From: Patescibacteria group bacterium
GTDB taxonomy: Bacteria > Patescibacteriota > Patescibacteriia > UBA2591 > CALHIP01
DNA length: 32,993 nt
Assembly: GCA_046289355.1 (NCBI GenBank)
Contig: JBKBVX010000001.1
Location: 1 to 32,993, forward strand
Direction of reading: 5' to 3'
The position numbers and the translations under genes were made by a program. Below are positions 25,132-32,993 of the stretch, piece after piece. Under the pieces are notes generated by a model, which was given only the letters and a program-made list of their open reading frames with translations, had not been told where the DNA came from and did not search any database. How positions within the stretch are numbered: the first letter of the stretch is position 1; every line of letters starts with the position of its first letter.

Positions 25132-26336
25132 TAGATTTTCTCTAATTTTTTCCAGTGTTTTTGAAAAGTGAAATCTTGAGCAAATTTTTGAGCATTTTGG
25201 CCTATTTTTTCCATCAGAAGAGGGTTGTGGATAACTTTTTCTAAAATTTTTTGGAGTTGATCAATGTTGCCTGGCTCAAATAAAAAGCCATTTTCATTAT
25301 CTTTAATATATTCAGCCAAGGCACCAATTTTAGAAGCAATAACTAGTTTACCATTAGCCATGGCTTCAAACATTACCAAAGAAAAAGTCTCTGGTGCTAA
25401 AGAAGGGATAACTATTACATCGGTTTCCTGATATTTTTTTTGAATTTCTGTTGGCCTAAGTCTGCCAATAAAAATTATATTTTTATTTTCACCAGTCAAT
25501 TTTTCTAATTTTTTTCTTTCTTTCCCTGTTCCAATGATTGTTAAAGTTAAATTTGGGACCTTTAATTTTAAATTTTTTACCGCTTTAATTAAAACATCTA
25601 TTCCCTTTGCCTTTGTTAACTGCCCAACATATAAAATTTTAAAAATTTCATCTTTTTGTTTGCTATGACTATGATTTTTAGCAAGATTAATGTTTGGGGC
25701 CAGTGGAAGAATGATTTTTTGAGAGTTAATGAAAAATCCATTTTTTAAATAAACTCTCATCACAAATTTTGAAGGCATAAGGACAATATTAACTTTATTC
25801 TTTAAAATTAATTTTGTTATTTGGCGATACAATTTACAAAAAAGTGGCGGAGATTTTTTAAATCGCCAACCACTAAAAGGACAAACTAAATTAGCATAAG
25901 GACAAAGTGGATAATAATCATGACAAGTATGAATCAATTTTATTTTTTCTGACTTAATAGCGCTAAAAACAGAAAAAGATAAAAAAGCCAGATTATGAGT
26001 ATGAACTAGATCAGGTTTTTCTTTTTTTAAAATTTTTTTAATAGTAAAATAAACAAATGGGTTCCAAAGATCAATTAAATGCCAAAATAGTTTGAAAATA
26101 AAGTTGTAATTTCTTTTGGTAGTCAGAGAATATAAATTAAAAGGCCAGAGCCGGTATATTTTGATATTTTCCTTTTTTTCAACTAAAATTTTAAAAGAGA
26201 AATTTTGGTTGGTGGTAATCACAATAATTTGCTGCTTTTTATCTTCCGCTATCTTTTTTACTAATTTTTCCACATAAAGTTCAGCCCCACCCATGACATT
26301 TGGTGGATAAAGATTAGTAATAAAACAGATTTTCAT
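25107..26336 (-). CDS. GT4 glycosyltransferase
   Basis: 409 aa with PETFSLVMFEAMANGKLVIASK (EX7E region) and N-terminal YPPNVMGGAELYV. Confidence 0.85.
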   Translation of the reverse strand: MKICFITNLYPPNVMGGAELYVEKLVKKIAEDKKQQIIVITTNQNFSFKILVEKKENIKIYRLWPFNLYSLTTKRNYNFIFKLFWHLIDLWNPFVYFTIKKILKKEKPDLVHTHNLAFLSFSVFSAIKSEKIKLIHTCHDYYPLCPYANLVCPFSGWRFKKSPPLFCKLYRQITKLILKNKVNIVLMPSKFVMRVYLKNGFFINSQKIILPLAPNINLAKNHSHSKQKDEIFKILYVGQLTKAKGIDVLIKAVKNLKLKVPNLTLTIIGTGKERKKLEKLTGENKNIIFIGRLRPTEIQKKYQETDVIVIPSLAPETFSLVMFEAMANGKLVIASKIGALAEYIKDNENGFLFEPGNIDQLQKILEKVIHNPLLMEKIGQNAQKFAQDFTFQKHWKKLEKIYQSVYCQI

Positions 26337-26395
26337 AACTTTATTATTTTAACAAGATTATTGTTTTTTTAAAAGATTATGGTAAAATATTATAT

Positions 26396-27310
26396 ATGGA
26401 AAAAATTATCTATACACTTATTGGCCTAATAATTCTGGGTTTTGTTTTGCTTTTTCTTTTTATTAATAAGAAACTTAATGAGTTTAAAAAAGAGCAAAAA
26501 GACGATCAATCATTACTGATAATTAATCAGAATATTCAAGGTTTACATGAAAGATTAGATAAGGCAGCGCAAGTAATTTCGATGGTTAATAAAGAATTGG
26601 GAAGTATGCGTGAAATTGGTCATCAGATGCAATCGCTTCAAGATTTTTTAAAATCGCCAAAATTAAGAGGTAACATTGGTGAACATGTTTTACAAGACCT
26701 TTTAGAACAATATTTCTCCCGTCAACACTTTGAACTGCAATATAAATTTCGTGACGGTCAAATTGTCGATGCTATCCTAAAAACTAAAGAAGGGATAATC
26801 CCTATTGATTCGAAATTTCCTTTAGAGAATTTTAGAAAATTATTGGCAGCTAAAAATGAGGAAGAAAAAAATAGATTGATGTCAATTTTTTATCGCGATG
26901 TAAAAAGACATATTGACAATATCAGTAAAAAATATATTTTACCTCAAGAAGGAACAGTTGATTTTGCTATAATGTATATTCCATCTGAATCGGTTTATTA
27001 TGAAGTTATCCGCTCCGAAGAAAATATTGATGAGTATGCTCGCCAGAAAAATGTCTACTTTGTTTCACCAAATTCTTTTTATTACTTTCTAAGAATTATA
27101 ATGATGGGTATGCGTGGTCAACAACTTCAGGAGGAAGTAAAAAAAATTTTTCAACTTCTTGCTGCCGTGCAGAAAGACACAGAAAGACTCGGTGAAATTA
27201 TTAGTGTTGCTACCACTCATGTGACTAATGCTAAAAACGCAATTGATAGAGTGAATAATGAATTTGCTAAACTTTCTAGTAAGATAGATCAAACAAAATT
27301 ATTGAAATAA
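26396..27310 (+). CDS. rmuC: DNA recombination protein RmuC (short form with N-terminal TM anchor)
   Basis: N-terminal TM helix, coiled coil, LRGNIGEHVLQDLLEQ, and a nuclease-like core (IIPIDSKFP, DFAIMYIPSESVY) characteristic of the RmuC family. Confidence 0.8.
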   Translation: MEKIIYTLIGLIILGFVLLFLFINKKLNEFKKEQKDDQSLLIINQNIQGLHERLDKAAQVISMVNKELGSMREIGHQMQSLQDFLKSPKLRGNIGEHVLQDLLEQYFSRQHFELQYKFRDGQIVDAILKTKEGIIPIDSKFPLENFRKLLAAKNEEEKNRLMSIFYRDVKRHIDNISKKYILPQEGTVDFAIMYIPSESVYYEVIRSEENIDEYARQKNVYFVSPNSFYYFLRIIMMGMRGQQLQEEVKKIFQLLAAVQKDTERLGEIISVATTHVTNAKNAIDRVNNEFAKLSSKIDQTKLLK

Positions 27311-27333
27311 ATAATAAAATTAAAAACAAACCT

Positions 27334-28272
27334 ATGAAAAAAATTTTAGTTACCGGTGCCTTTGGCCAAATTGGTAGTGAATTAGTACCAGTTCTACAAA
27401 AAAAATATGGCAAAGAGAATGTGATTGCTCTTGTTCATCGAAAAAAGAGTAAAGAATTCGATGGATTAATAGAAAAAGGAGATGTCAATGATTTTAAGCG
27501 ATTAAGAAAAATTATCAAAAAACATAAAATCGATACAGTTTTTCACTTGGCTGCCATTCTTTCTGCTGCTGGCGAGAAGAATCCTGATTTAACATGGCAA
27601 GTTAATATTGGTGGATTAAAGAATGTTTTAGATTTAGCCGTCGAGTTTAAATTAAAAGTTTTCTGGCCAAGTTCAATAGCAGTTTTTGGACCAACTACAC
27701 CAAAAGATAACACACCTCAACGGACAATTTTAGAACCAACGACAATGTATGGGGTGACAAAATTGGCTGGCGAATTGCTTTGTCAATATTATTTCCTTAA
27801 ATATGGTGTTGATGTAAGAAGCGTTCGTTATCCTGGCGTTATTAGTTGGAAAACAGAACCAGGTGGCGGAACAACTGATTATGCAGTAGCAATTTTTTAT
27901 GGAGCAATCAAAAATGGGAAATATCAATGTTTTGTCAGGGAAGATACAGTTTTACCAATGATATATATGGATGATGCTATTCGAGCTGCTCTCGAATTAA
28001 TGGAGGCACCATCAGAAAAAATTACTATTCGGACAAGTTATAATTTAGCTGCTATTAGTTTTTCTGCTAAAGAGTTAGAAAGAGAGATTCAAAAATATCT
28101 TCCTTTAACCGTTACTTATCTGCCAGATGAAAGACAAAAGATTGCTGATTCTTGGCCTAGATCAATTGATGATTCAGAGGCGAGAAAAGATTGGGGCTGG
28201 AAACATGAATATGATTTAGAAAAGATGACAAAAGTAATGATAGAAAAATTAAAAGTTAAGTTAGGTAAATAA
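27334..28272 (+). CDS. tdh: L-threonine 3-dehydrogenase, extended-SDR (UDP-galactose-4-epimerase-like) type
   Basis: Rossmann motif ILVTGAFGQIGSEL and catalytic YGVTKLAGE (YxxxK). The 312-aa size and adjacency to kbl support TDH over a sugar epimerase. Confidence 0.75.
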   Translation: MKKILVTGAFGQIGSELVPVLQKKYGKENVIALVHRKKSKEFDGLIEKGDVNDFKRLRKIIKKHKIDTVFHLAAILSAAGEKNPDLTWQVNIGGLKNVLDLAVEFKLKVFWPSSIAVFGPTTPKDNTPQRTILEPTTMYGVTKLAGELLCQYYFLKYGVDVRSVRYPGVISWKTEPGGGTTDYAVAIFYGAIKNGKYQCFVREDTVLPMIYMDDAIRAALELMEAPSEKITIRTSYNLAAISFSAKELEREIQKYLPLTVTYLPDERQKIADSWPRSIDDSEARKDWGWKHEYDLEKMTKVMIEKLKVKLGK

Positions 28273-28286
28273 TTTATAATAAATAT

Positions 28287-29543
28287 ATGGGTAAAGAAAA
28301 TTTTTTTACACTTCTTTTAAATGAGTTAAAAAGAATTGATGAAATAAAAACTTCAAAGAGGAAAGAAAAAGTTATTGATGGTTTTACTGATGATCCGGCT
28401 CCACGGGCTATTATCAATGGCAAGCCATATCGAATTTTCAATTCTAATGACTATTTAGGTCTAAGATTTAGTAAAGAACTAAAAGAAGGAGAAAAAACTG
28501 CTTCCGAAAAATTTGGAGCCGGACCAGGAGCAGTTCGTTTTATTGCCGGGACATTACGGATTCATAAGGAATTAGAAGAGGCGATTGCCAAATTTCATCA
28601 TCGAGAGGCGGCAATCATTTTTTCCTCTGCTTTTGCTGCTAACATCGGTGTTATCCATTCTTTGATTAAAGGGCAGAGTAAAGATTCAATCGTCACCGAA
28701 GATGTTTTAGTTATTTCTGATGAACTCAATCATCGGAGTATTATTGAAGGGATTAGAGTTGCTAACCTGCCTAAAGAACAAAGACAAATTTTTAAACATT
28801 TAGATTATGATGATTTAGAAAGAATTCTTGTTGAAAATAAAGGAAAATATAAAAGAGCGATAATCCTTACTGATGGTGTTTTCAGTATGTTAGGTGAATA
28901 TGCGGATCTAAAAAAAATCCATGAAAAGATAGAAAAATATGATCCTGATTATGAACAAGGGATTATTTTACTTGTCGATGATAGTCATGGTGTAGCTGCT
29001 TTAGGTGAAAATGGTCGTGGTTGTGAAGAAATTTGTGGTCAATATTCTGATCTTCTTGTCGCTACTTTTGGTAAAGGCTTTGGTGCTGATGGTGGTTATG
29101 TAGTTGGTAAAAAAGAAATTATCGATTATTTAAGAGAATCAGCCTCTACCTACATCTATTCAAATCCCATTTCACCAGCTGTGGCTGGAGCAGCTTTAGC
29201 TTCAGTAAAATTGTTAGAGAGTAAAAAGGGGAAAGAATTAATAAAAAAACTAAATGAAAACATTGCTTTCTTTAAAGAAAAAATGAAGAAAGCGGGATTT
29301 GTTTTTGCTGTTGATTCGATTCATCCTATTCAACCAATTTTGATTGGTGATCCAATTAAGACAAAAGAGTTAACTGACGAATTGTTTGAGCGCGGTATTT
29401 TAGTCACAAATATTAGTTATCCAGTTGTTCCCAAAGGGAAAGATGAAATTCGTGTTCAAATCAGTGCTGTTCATACTAAAGAAGATTTAGAATTTTTTAT
29501 TAAAAATTTTATTGAGGCGAGTAAGAAACTTCAGCTAATTTAA
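28287..29543 (+). CDS. kbl: 2-amino-3-ketobutyrate CoA ligase (glycine C-acetyltransferase)
   Basis: Alpha-oxoamine synthase motifs SDELNHRSIIEGIR and DDSHGVAALGENGRG, with the PLP lysine in ATFGKGFG. Confidence 0.85.
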   Translation: MGKENFFTLLLNELKRIDEIKTSKRKEKVIDGFTDDPAPRAIINGKPYRIFNSNDYLGLRFSKELKEGEKTASEKFGAGPGAVRFIAGTLRIHKELEEAIAKFHHREAAIIFSSAFAANIGVIHSLIKGQSKDSIVTEDVLVISDELNHRSIIEGIRVANLPKEQRQIFKHLDYDDLERILVENKGKYKRAIILTDGVFSMLGEYADLKKIHEKIEKYDPDYEQGIILLVDDSHGVAALGENGRGCEEICGQYSDLLVATFGKGFGADGGYVVGKKEIIDYLRESASTYIYSNPISPAVAGAALASVKLLESKKGKELIKKLNENIAFFKEKMKKAGFVFAVDSIHPIQPILIGDPIKTKELTDELFERGILVTNISYPVVPKGKDEIRVQISAVHTKEDLEFFIKNFIEASKKLQLI

Positions 29544-29548
29544 TAATC

Positions 29549-31243
29549 ATGTTCATTTGGCAAATAGCTCCAAAAATAGATCAAGAATTTCGAAATAGAT
29601 TTCCAGAAATTCATCAATTGATTCTTCAACTTCTCTGGAATAGGGGATTAAGAACTCAAGAAGAAATTGATGAGTTTCTCTTGCCTGATTATTCAAATGA
29701 TTTACATAATCCTTTTTTATTTAAAGATATGGAAAAGGTGGTGGAAAGGATTAAGAAGGCTGTTGTCGAAGGTGAGAAGATTACAATTTATGGAGACTAT
29801 GATACTGATGGTGTCTGTGCTACAGCTATTCTTTATTTAACTCTTGAAAAAATAGGAGCCAATGTTTCCTATTATCTACCTGATCGAGAGAAAGAAGGTT
29901 ATGGTTTAAATAAAGAAGCAATAAAAAAAATTATTCAAACTGGGACAAAATTAATTATCACCGTCGATTGTGGCATTACTAATTTTGAAGAAATAGATTT
30001 TATTAACAAACTAGGAGCAAAAATTATTGTTACTGATCATCATCTTCCTTTAGACAATCTTCCTCAAGCCCTTTTTATTATTAATCCTTGGGTTAAAGAT
30101 GAAAAATATCCGTTTAAATATTTATCTGGAACTGGAGTAGCTTTTAAACTAATCCAAGCTTTATTAAAAAGAATTGAATTTCCAAATTCAGAGGCCTTTG
30201 AAAAATGGCTTCTTGATTTAGTAGCAATTGGTTCAGTGGCTGATAATGTTCCTTTAATTGGCGAAAATAGAACACTAGTTAAATATGGCCTAATTGTTTT
30301 AAATAAAACTCCTCGTCCCGGACTTCGTCATCTGATCAAAATTGCTGGAATTAATTTAGGCGAACTTGATACCCGAGCTATAGGTTTTCAGATTGCTTCT
30401 CGGCTTAATGCAGCTGGTCGCGTTGATCATGCCAGTCTAGCTTTAGAGATGATTTTAACTAAAGAAATAAAAAAGGCTGAAGGATTAGCAGAAAGATTAC
30501 ATAGATTTAATGAGAGCCGGCAGAAGAAAATGGAAATGACTTTTAATGATATCAAAAAAAAGGTTGGTCAATCACCACTAGATAAAATAATTATCGCTTA
30601 CAAGGAAAATTTACCAATTGGTCTTTTGGGATTAATTTCTCACCGCTTAACAGAAACTTATAACCGTCCCTCAATTTTGATAACAATCGGTGATGATGAA
30701 ATTAAAGGTGTTGGTCGAAGTATTAATGAATTTAATTTAATTGAAGCTTTTAAGAAAATAGATAGATTTTTCCTCCGTTATGGCGGTCATGCCAAAGCAG
30801 CTGGTTTTACTCTCAAAGAAAAAAATATCAATTTACTCAAAGAATTTATTGAAGAGATTAAAAAAATTGCCGATGTCCAACTTAAGGATTTAGATATTAG
30901 ACCAAAAATTTTAATTGATAGCGAAGTCAATTTAGAAGAAATTACTTGGCCTCTCTATGAAGAAATTAAAAAGTTTGAACCATTTGGTGAAAAAAATCCA
31001 GTCCCTATTTTTTTGGCCAGAAATTTGATTATTGAAGCAATAGAAAATGTTGGTCGAAATAATCAACATTTAAAAATAATAATCAATGGCGGAAGAAAGA
31101 TGATCTATTTTGGGATTGGCAACAAATTTAATTATTTAAAAAGAGGAGAAAAAATCGATGTAGTTTTTCAATTAGGAGAAACTCAATGGGATGGATTAAA
31201 GGAATTAGAATTTAGAATTTTAGATTTAAAGAAAAGTGAATGA
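29549..31243 (+). CDS. recJ: Single-stranded-DNA-specific exonuclease RecJ
   Basis: DHH family motifs IYGDYDTDGV, TVDCGI and VTDHH, plus the DHHA1 motif GGHAKAAGF. Confidence 0.92.
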   Translation: MFIWQIAPKIDQEFRNRFPEIHQLILQLLWNRGLRTQEEIDEFLLPDYSNDLHNPFLFKDMEKVVERIKKAVVEGEKITIYGDYDTDGVCATAILYLTLEKIGANVSYYLPDREKEGYGLNKEAIKKIIQTGTKLIITVDCGITNFEEIDFINKLGAKIIVTDHHLPLDNLPQALFIINPWVKDEKYPFKYLSGTGVAFKLIQALLKRIEFPNSEAFEKWLLDLVAIGSVADNVPLIGENRTLVKYGLIVLNKTPRPGLRHLIKIAGINLGELDTRAIGFQIASRLNAAGRVDHASLALEMILTKEIKKAEGLAERLHRFNESRQKKMEMTFNDIKKKVGQSPLDKIIIAYKENLPIGLLGLISHRLTETYNRPSILITIGDDEIKGVGRSINEFNLIEAFKKIDRFFLRYGGHAKAAGFTLKEKNINLLKEFIEEIKKIADVQLKDLDIRPKILIDSEVNLEEITWPLYEEIKKFEPFGEKNPVPIFLARNLIIEAIENVGRNNQHLKIIINGGRKMIYFGIGNKFNYLKRGEKIDVVFQLGETQWDGLKELEFRILDLKKSE

Positions 31244-31662
31244 AAAAAAATAAAAAATTTATCATTTATACTGATGGCGGAGCAAGAGGTAATCCTGGTC
31301 CAGCAGCTATTGGGATAATCATTTATGATGAAAATAGAAATCTAATCAAAAAATATTCTAAATTTATTGGTGAGACAACCAATAATCAAGCTGAATATGA
31401 GGCGGTCATTCAAGCCTTAAAAGAAGCTAAACAACTTATGGCTGAAGAAATTGATTGCTATCTTGATAGCAAACTTTTAGTTGGTCAGCTCAACCGCAAA
31501 TTCAAAATTAAAGATCAGGAATTATCTAAGGCCTTCATTAAAATTTGGAATCTTAGTCAAAGTTTTAAGAAAATTAATTTTTTTTATATTCCACGAGAAA
31601 AAAATAAAGAAGCCGATGCCCTAGTCAATCTGGCTATTGATAAGATGGTAACTCTTAAATAA
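31240..31662 (+). CDS. rnhA: Ribonuclease HI
   Basis: IYTDGGARGNPGPAAIG, NNQAEYEAVIQAL, DSKLLV and NKEADALVN supply the DEDD catalytic residues. The ATG overlaps the recJ stop (ATGA). Confidence 0.9.
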   Translation: MKKNKKFIIYTDGGARGNPGPAAIGIIIYDENRNLIKKYSKFIGETTNNQAEYEAVIQALKEAKQLMAEEIDCYLDSKLLVGQLNRKFKIKDQELSKAFIKIWNLSQSFKKINFFYIPREKNKEADALVNLAIDKMVTLK

Positions 31663-31664
31663 AA

Positions 31665-31966
31665 GCCTCAGTAGATCGATAAGCCGAATTCTGTCGAGGA
31701 TGGTCATTTATCTAGGTCCAAAATTACTTTTGGACTCGAACGGGATTTTTTCCCTTTCACCCAGTAAGGATTTAGCCGTTTCACCCCTAATGTTACCATT
31801 AGGGCTCACCCTGCCATTTGACAGGGTGGTCTTCGGTTTTCACCTCAGACCGTCTCTGTTCGCACCTCTGTCCTTTCGGACGGCGGGTGTTACCCGCTAC
31901 TTCTACGGGTGTTCGGACTTTCCTCTCCTTTCAATTGAAAGGAGCGACCATCTGATCTACTGAGGC
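31665..31966 (-). ncRNA. rnpB: RNase P RNA (bacterial type-A-like, compact, about 302 nt)
   Basis: The minus strand contains GAGGAAAGUCCGAAC (P4 5' strand) and ACAGAAUUCGGCUUAUC (P4 3' strand), with the bulged U and compensatory changes. P1 is a perfect 13-bp helix, GCCUCAGUAGAUC (31966-31954) with GAUCUACUGAGGC (31677-31665). Also present: a P8-like GCGGGUAACACCCGC, the J11/12 AACAGAGA, and a P18-like GUCCAAAAGUAAUUUUGGAC followed by CUAGAUAAAUGAC. GC is locally elevated. Confidence 0.93.
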
Positions 31967-31972
31967 ATTACC

Positions 31973-32000
31973 ATTATACCAAAATCTATATCTTTGTCAA
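31973..32000 (-). promoter_or_regulatory. Consensus sigma70 promoter of rnpB
   Basis: Minus strand: TTGACA (32000-31995), 16-nt spacer, extended -10 TGGTATAAT (TATAAT at 31978-31973). The 7th nt downstream is G31966, the first base of helix P1. Confidence 0.7.
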
Positions 32001-32009
32001 TTCTTAAAG

Positions 32010-32960
32010 TTAAATTAAAAGAGTATTGATAATTTCCGGATGACCATTAAGAAACTCTTGAACTGTCATTTTTCTTTTTCCTTCGAGTTGAACTTCTTTT
32101 AAAATCAAAGCATTTTTGCCACAAGCCACAGCTAATTCATTTTTTTTAGTTAAGAAAACCATTCCTGGCTTTCTTCTTTCTTCTGTTTTTAAGATATCTG
32201 CTTTAATAATTTTCAACATTTTCGATTTTATATAAGTGTAAGTTCCTGGCCAAGGATCATATGCTCTAATCATTTTTTCTATTTCTTCAGCTGATTTTTG
32301 CCAATTAATTTTTCCATCTTCTTTTTTGATCATTTTTGTATAAGTTGCTTTTGAGTGATTTTGAGGATTTAATTTAATTTTACCTTCTATCCATTTCGGT
32401 AAAATTTCTATCAATAAATCTCCACCTAATTTTGCTAATTCTTCTGAAAGTTGAGAAGATGTTAATTTTCTATCTTTTATATTTAATTTTTTACTTTGAA
32501 TAATTGGTCCATGATCAATTTTTTCATCCATTAAAATAATTGTTACCCCTGTCTCTTCGTCACCATTTAAAATAGTAGCTTGAATTGGTGAAGGGCCTCG
32601 ATATTTCGGTAAAAGCGAAGGGTGGATATTAAGACAACCAAAGCGAGGAATATTTAATATTTCAGCTGGTAATATTTGACCATAGGCGGCAAGGATGATT
32701 AAATCTGGTTTCAAATTTTCAATTTCTAATTTCCAATTTTCAATTTTTTCTGGTTGGAAAACAGGAATTTTATATTTTTCTGCTATAATTTTTGTTGCTG
32801 GAGGAACAAGGATTTGTTTTCTACCAACTGGTTTATCCGGCACAGTGACGACTGCTATTGGTGGATAACCGCCTTCAATCATTTTTTTTAAAATAATAGC
32901 CGCAAATTCTGGGGTACCAAAGAATATAATTCGTAAATTTTGATTTATATAGTTTGACAT
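32010..32960 (-). CDS. fmt: Methionyl-tRNA formyltransferase
   Basis: IIFFGTPEFAA, NIHPSLLPKYRGPSPIQ, and a C-terminal OB-like domain. 316 aa. Confidence 0.93.
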   Translation of the reverse strand: MSNYINQNLRIIFFGTPEFAAIILKKMIEGGYPPIAVVTVPDKPVGRKQILVPPATKIIAEKYKIPVFQPEKIENWKLEIENLKPDLIILAAYGQILPAEILNIPRFGCLNIHPSLLPKYRGPSPIQATILNGDEETGVTIILMDEKIDHGPIIQSKKLNIKDRKLTSSQLSEELAKLGGDLLIEILPKWIEGKIKLNPQNHSKATYTKMIKKEDGKINWQKSAEEIEKMIRAYDPWPGTYTYIKSKMLKIIKADILKTEERRKPGMVFLTKKNELAVACGKNALILKEVQLEGKRKMTVQEFLNGHPEIINTLLI

Positions 32961-32993
32961 TTGAGTTTTGAATCTATATTATAATTATATCAT

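Noticed and set aside
25226-25234. An isolated perfect TGTGGATAA box inside the GT4 gene.
   Set aside because: A single occurrence in 33 kb of AT-rich sequence is compatible with chance. It has no partner boxes and no promoter context.
2089-27927. Short ORFs inside or antisense to long genes: 2089-2292, 2729-2968, 3252-3449, 4190-4477, 8059-8298, 10615-10797, 15702-15983, 17919-18170, 24755-24991, 27089-27292, 27730-27927.
   Set aside because: Each is fully contained in a well-supported longer CDS with clear family motifs. Their low-complexity or odd composition is typical of shadow ORFs in AT-rich DNA.
31700-31963. 87-aa ORF on the + strand (MVIYLGPKLLLDSNG...).
   Set aside because: It lies entirely antisense to the RNase P RNA. 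It is open only because that region is GC-rich and structured. It has no start context or protein-like motifs.
1-32993. Alternative genetic code (UGA read as Gly or Trp, as in some CPR lineages and Mollicutes).
   Set aside because: TGA ends ftsX (1352-1354), recJ (31241-31243), the 722-aa protein (25129-25131) and the 668-aa protein (8738-8740) at positions consistent with normal C-termini. No gene appears fragmented by in-frame TGA.
1-32993. Mobile elements, prophage remnants, CRISPR arrays, toxin-antitoxin pairs or defence islands.
   Set aside because: I saw no transposase, integrase or recombinase ORFs, no terminal inverted repeats or direct-repeat arrays, and no unexplained non-coding stretch longer than about 210 bp. 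tRNA-Glu is not flanked by an integrase or a duplicated tRNA 3' end.

Overview
This is an AT-rich, almost gap-free chromosomal segment. It reads as the core genome of a small-genome, Patescibacteria/CPR-like bacterium. That placement is an inference from housekeeping genes with trimmed domain architectures, missing lipid/isoprenoid neighbours, and a CPR-typical membrane-protein family. The standard code is in use, since TGA terminates ftsX, recJ and two membrane proteins. Gene order: ftsE (5'-partial)-ftsX-mreB-GT4-holB-BNR lipoprotein-frr-rseP-proS (+); a convergent 668-aa bitopic membrane protein (-); a half-size TsaB-like gene; a promoter/operator region; mraZ-rsmH-ftsL-ftsI-murF (+, a truncated dcw cluster); tRNA-Glu(CUC); miaA and rpmA (-); a small membrane protein and argS (+); a five-gene glycosylation cluster (GT2 with a transmembrane (TM) tail, GT2, GT4, 722-aa polytopic membrane protein, convergent GT4); rmuC; tdh-kbl; recJ-rnhA; a compact RNase P RNA (-) with a consensus promoter; fmt (-). 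I found no mobile elements, CRISPR arrays, toxin-antitoxin pairs or recognisable defence genes. I see no convincing evidence for an entirely new multi-gene system. The best candidates for something undescribed are: (i) the mraZ control region, built from perfect DnaA-box 9-mers; (ii) the glycosylation cluster centred on an unclassifiable 722-aa polytopic membrane protein; (iii) the 668-aa membrane protein whose start codon abuts a mini-TsaB gene; and (iv) several domain-deleted housekeeping enzymes (MurF without domain 1, ProRS without the INS editing domain, a roughly 300-nt RNase P RNA). All homology statements come from motif recognition by eye, not from searches.
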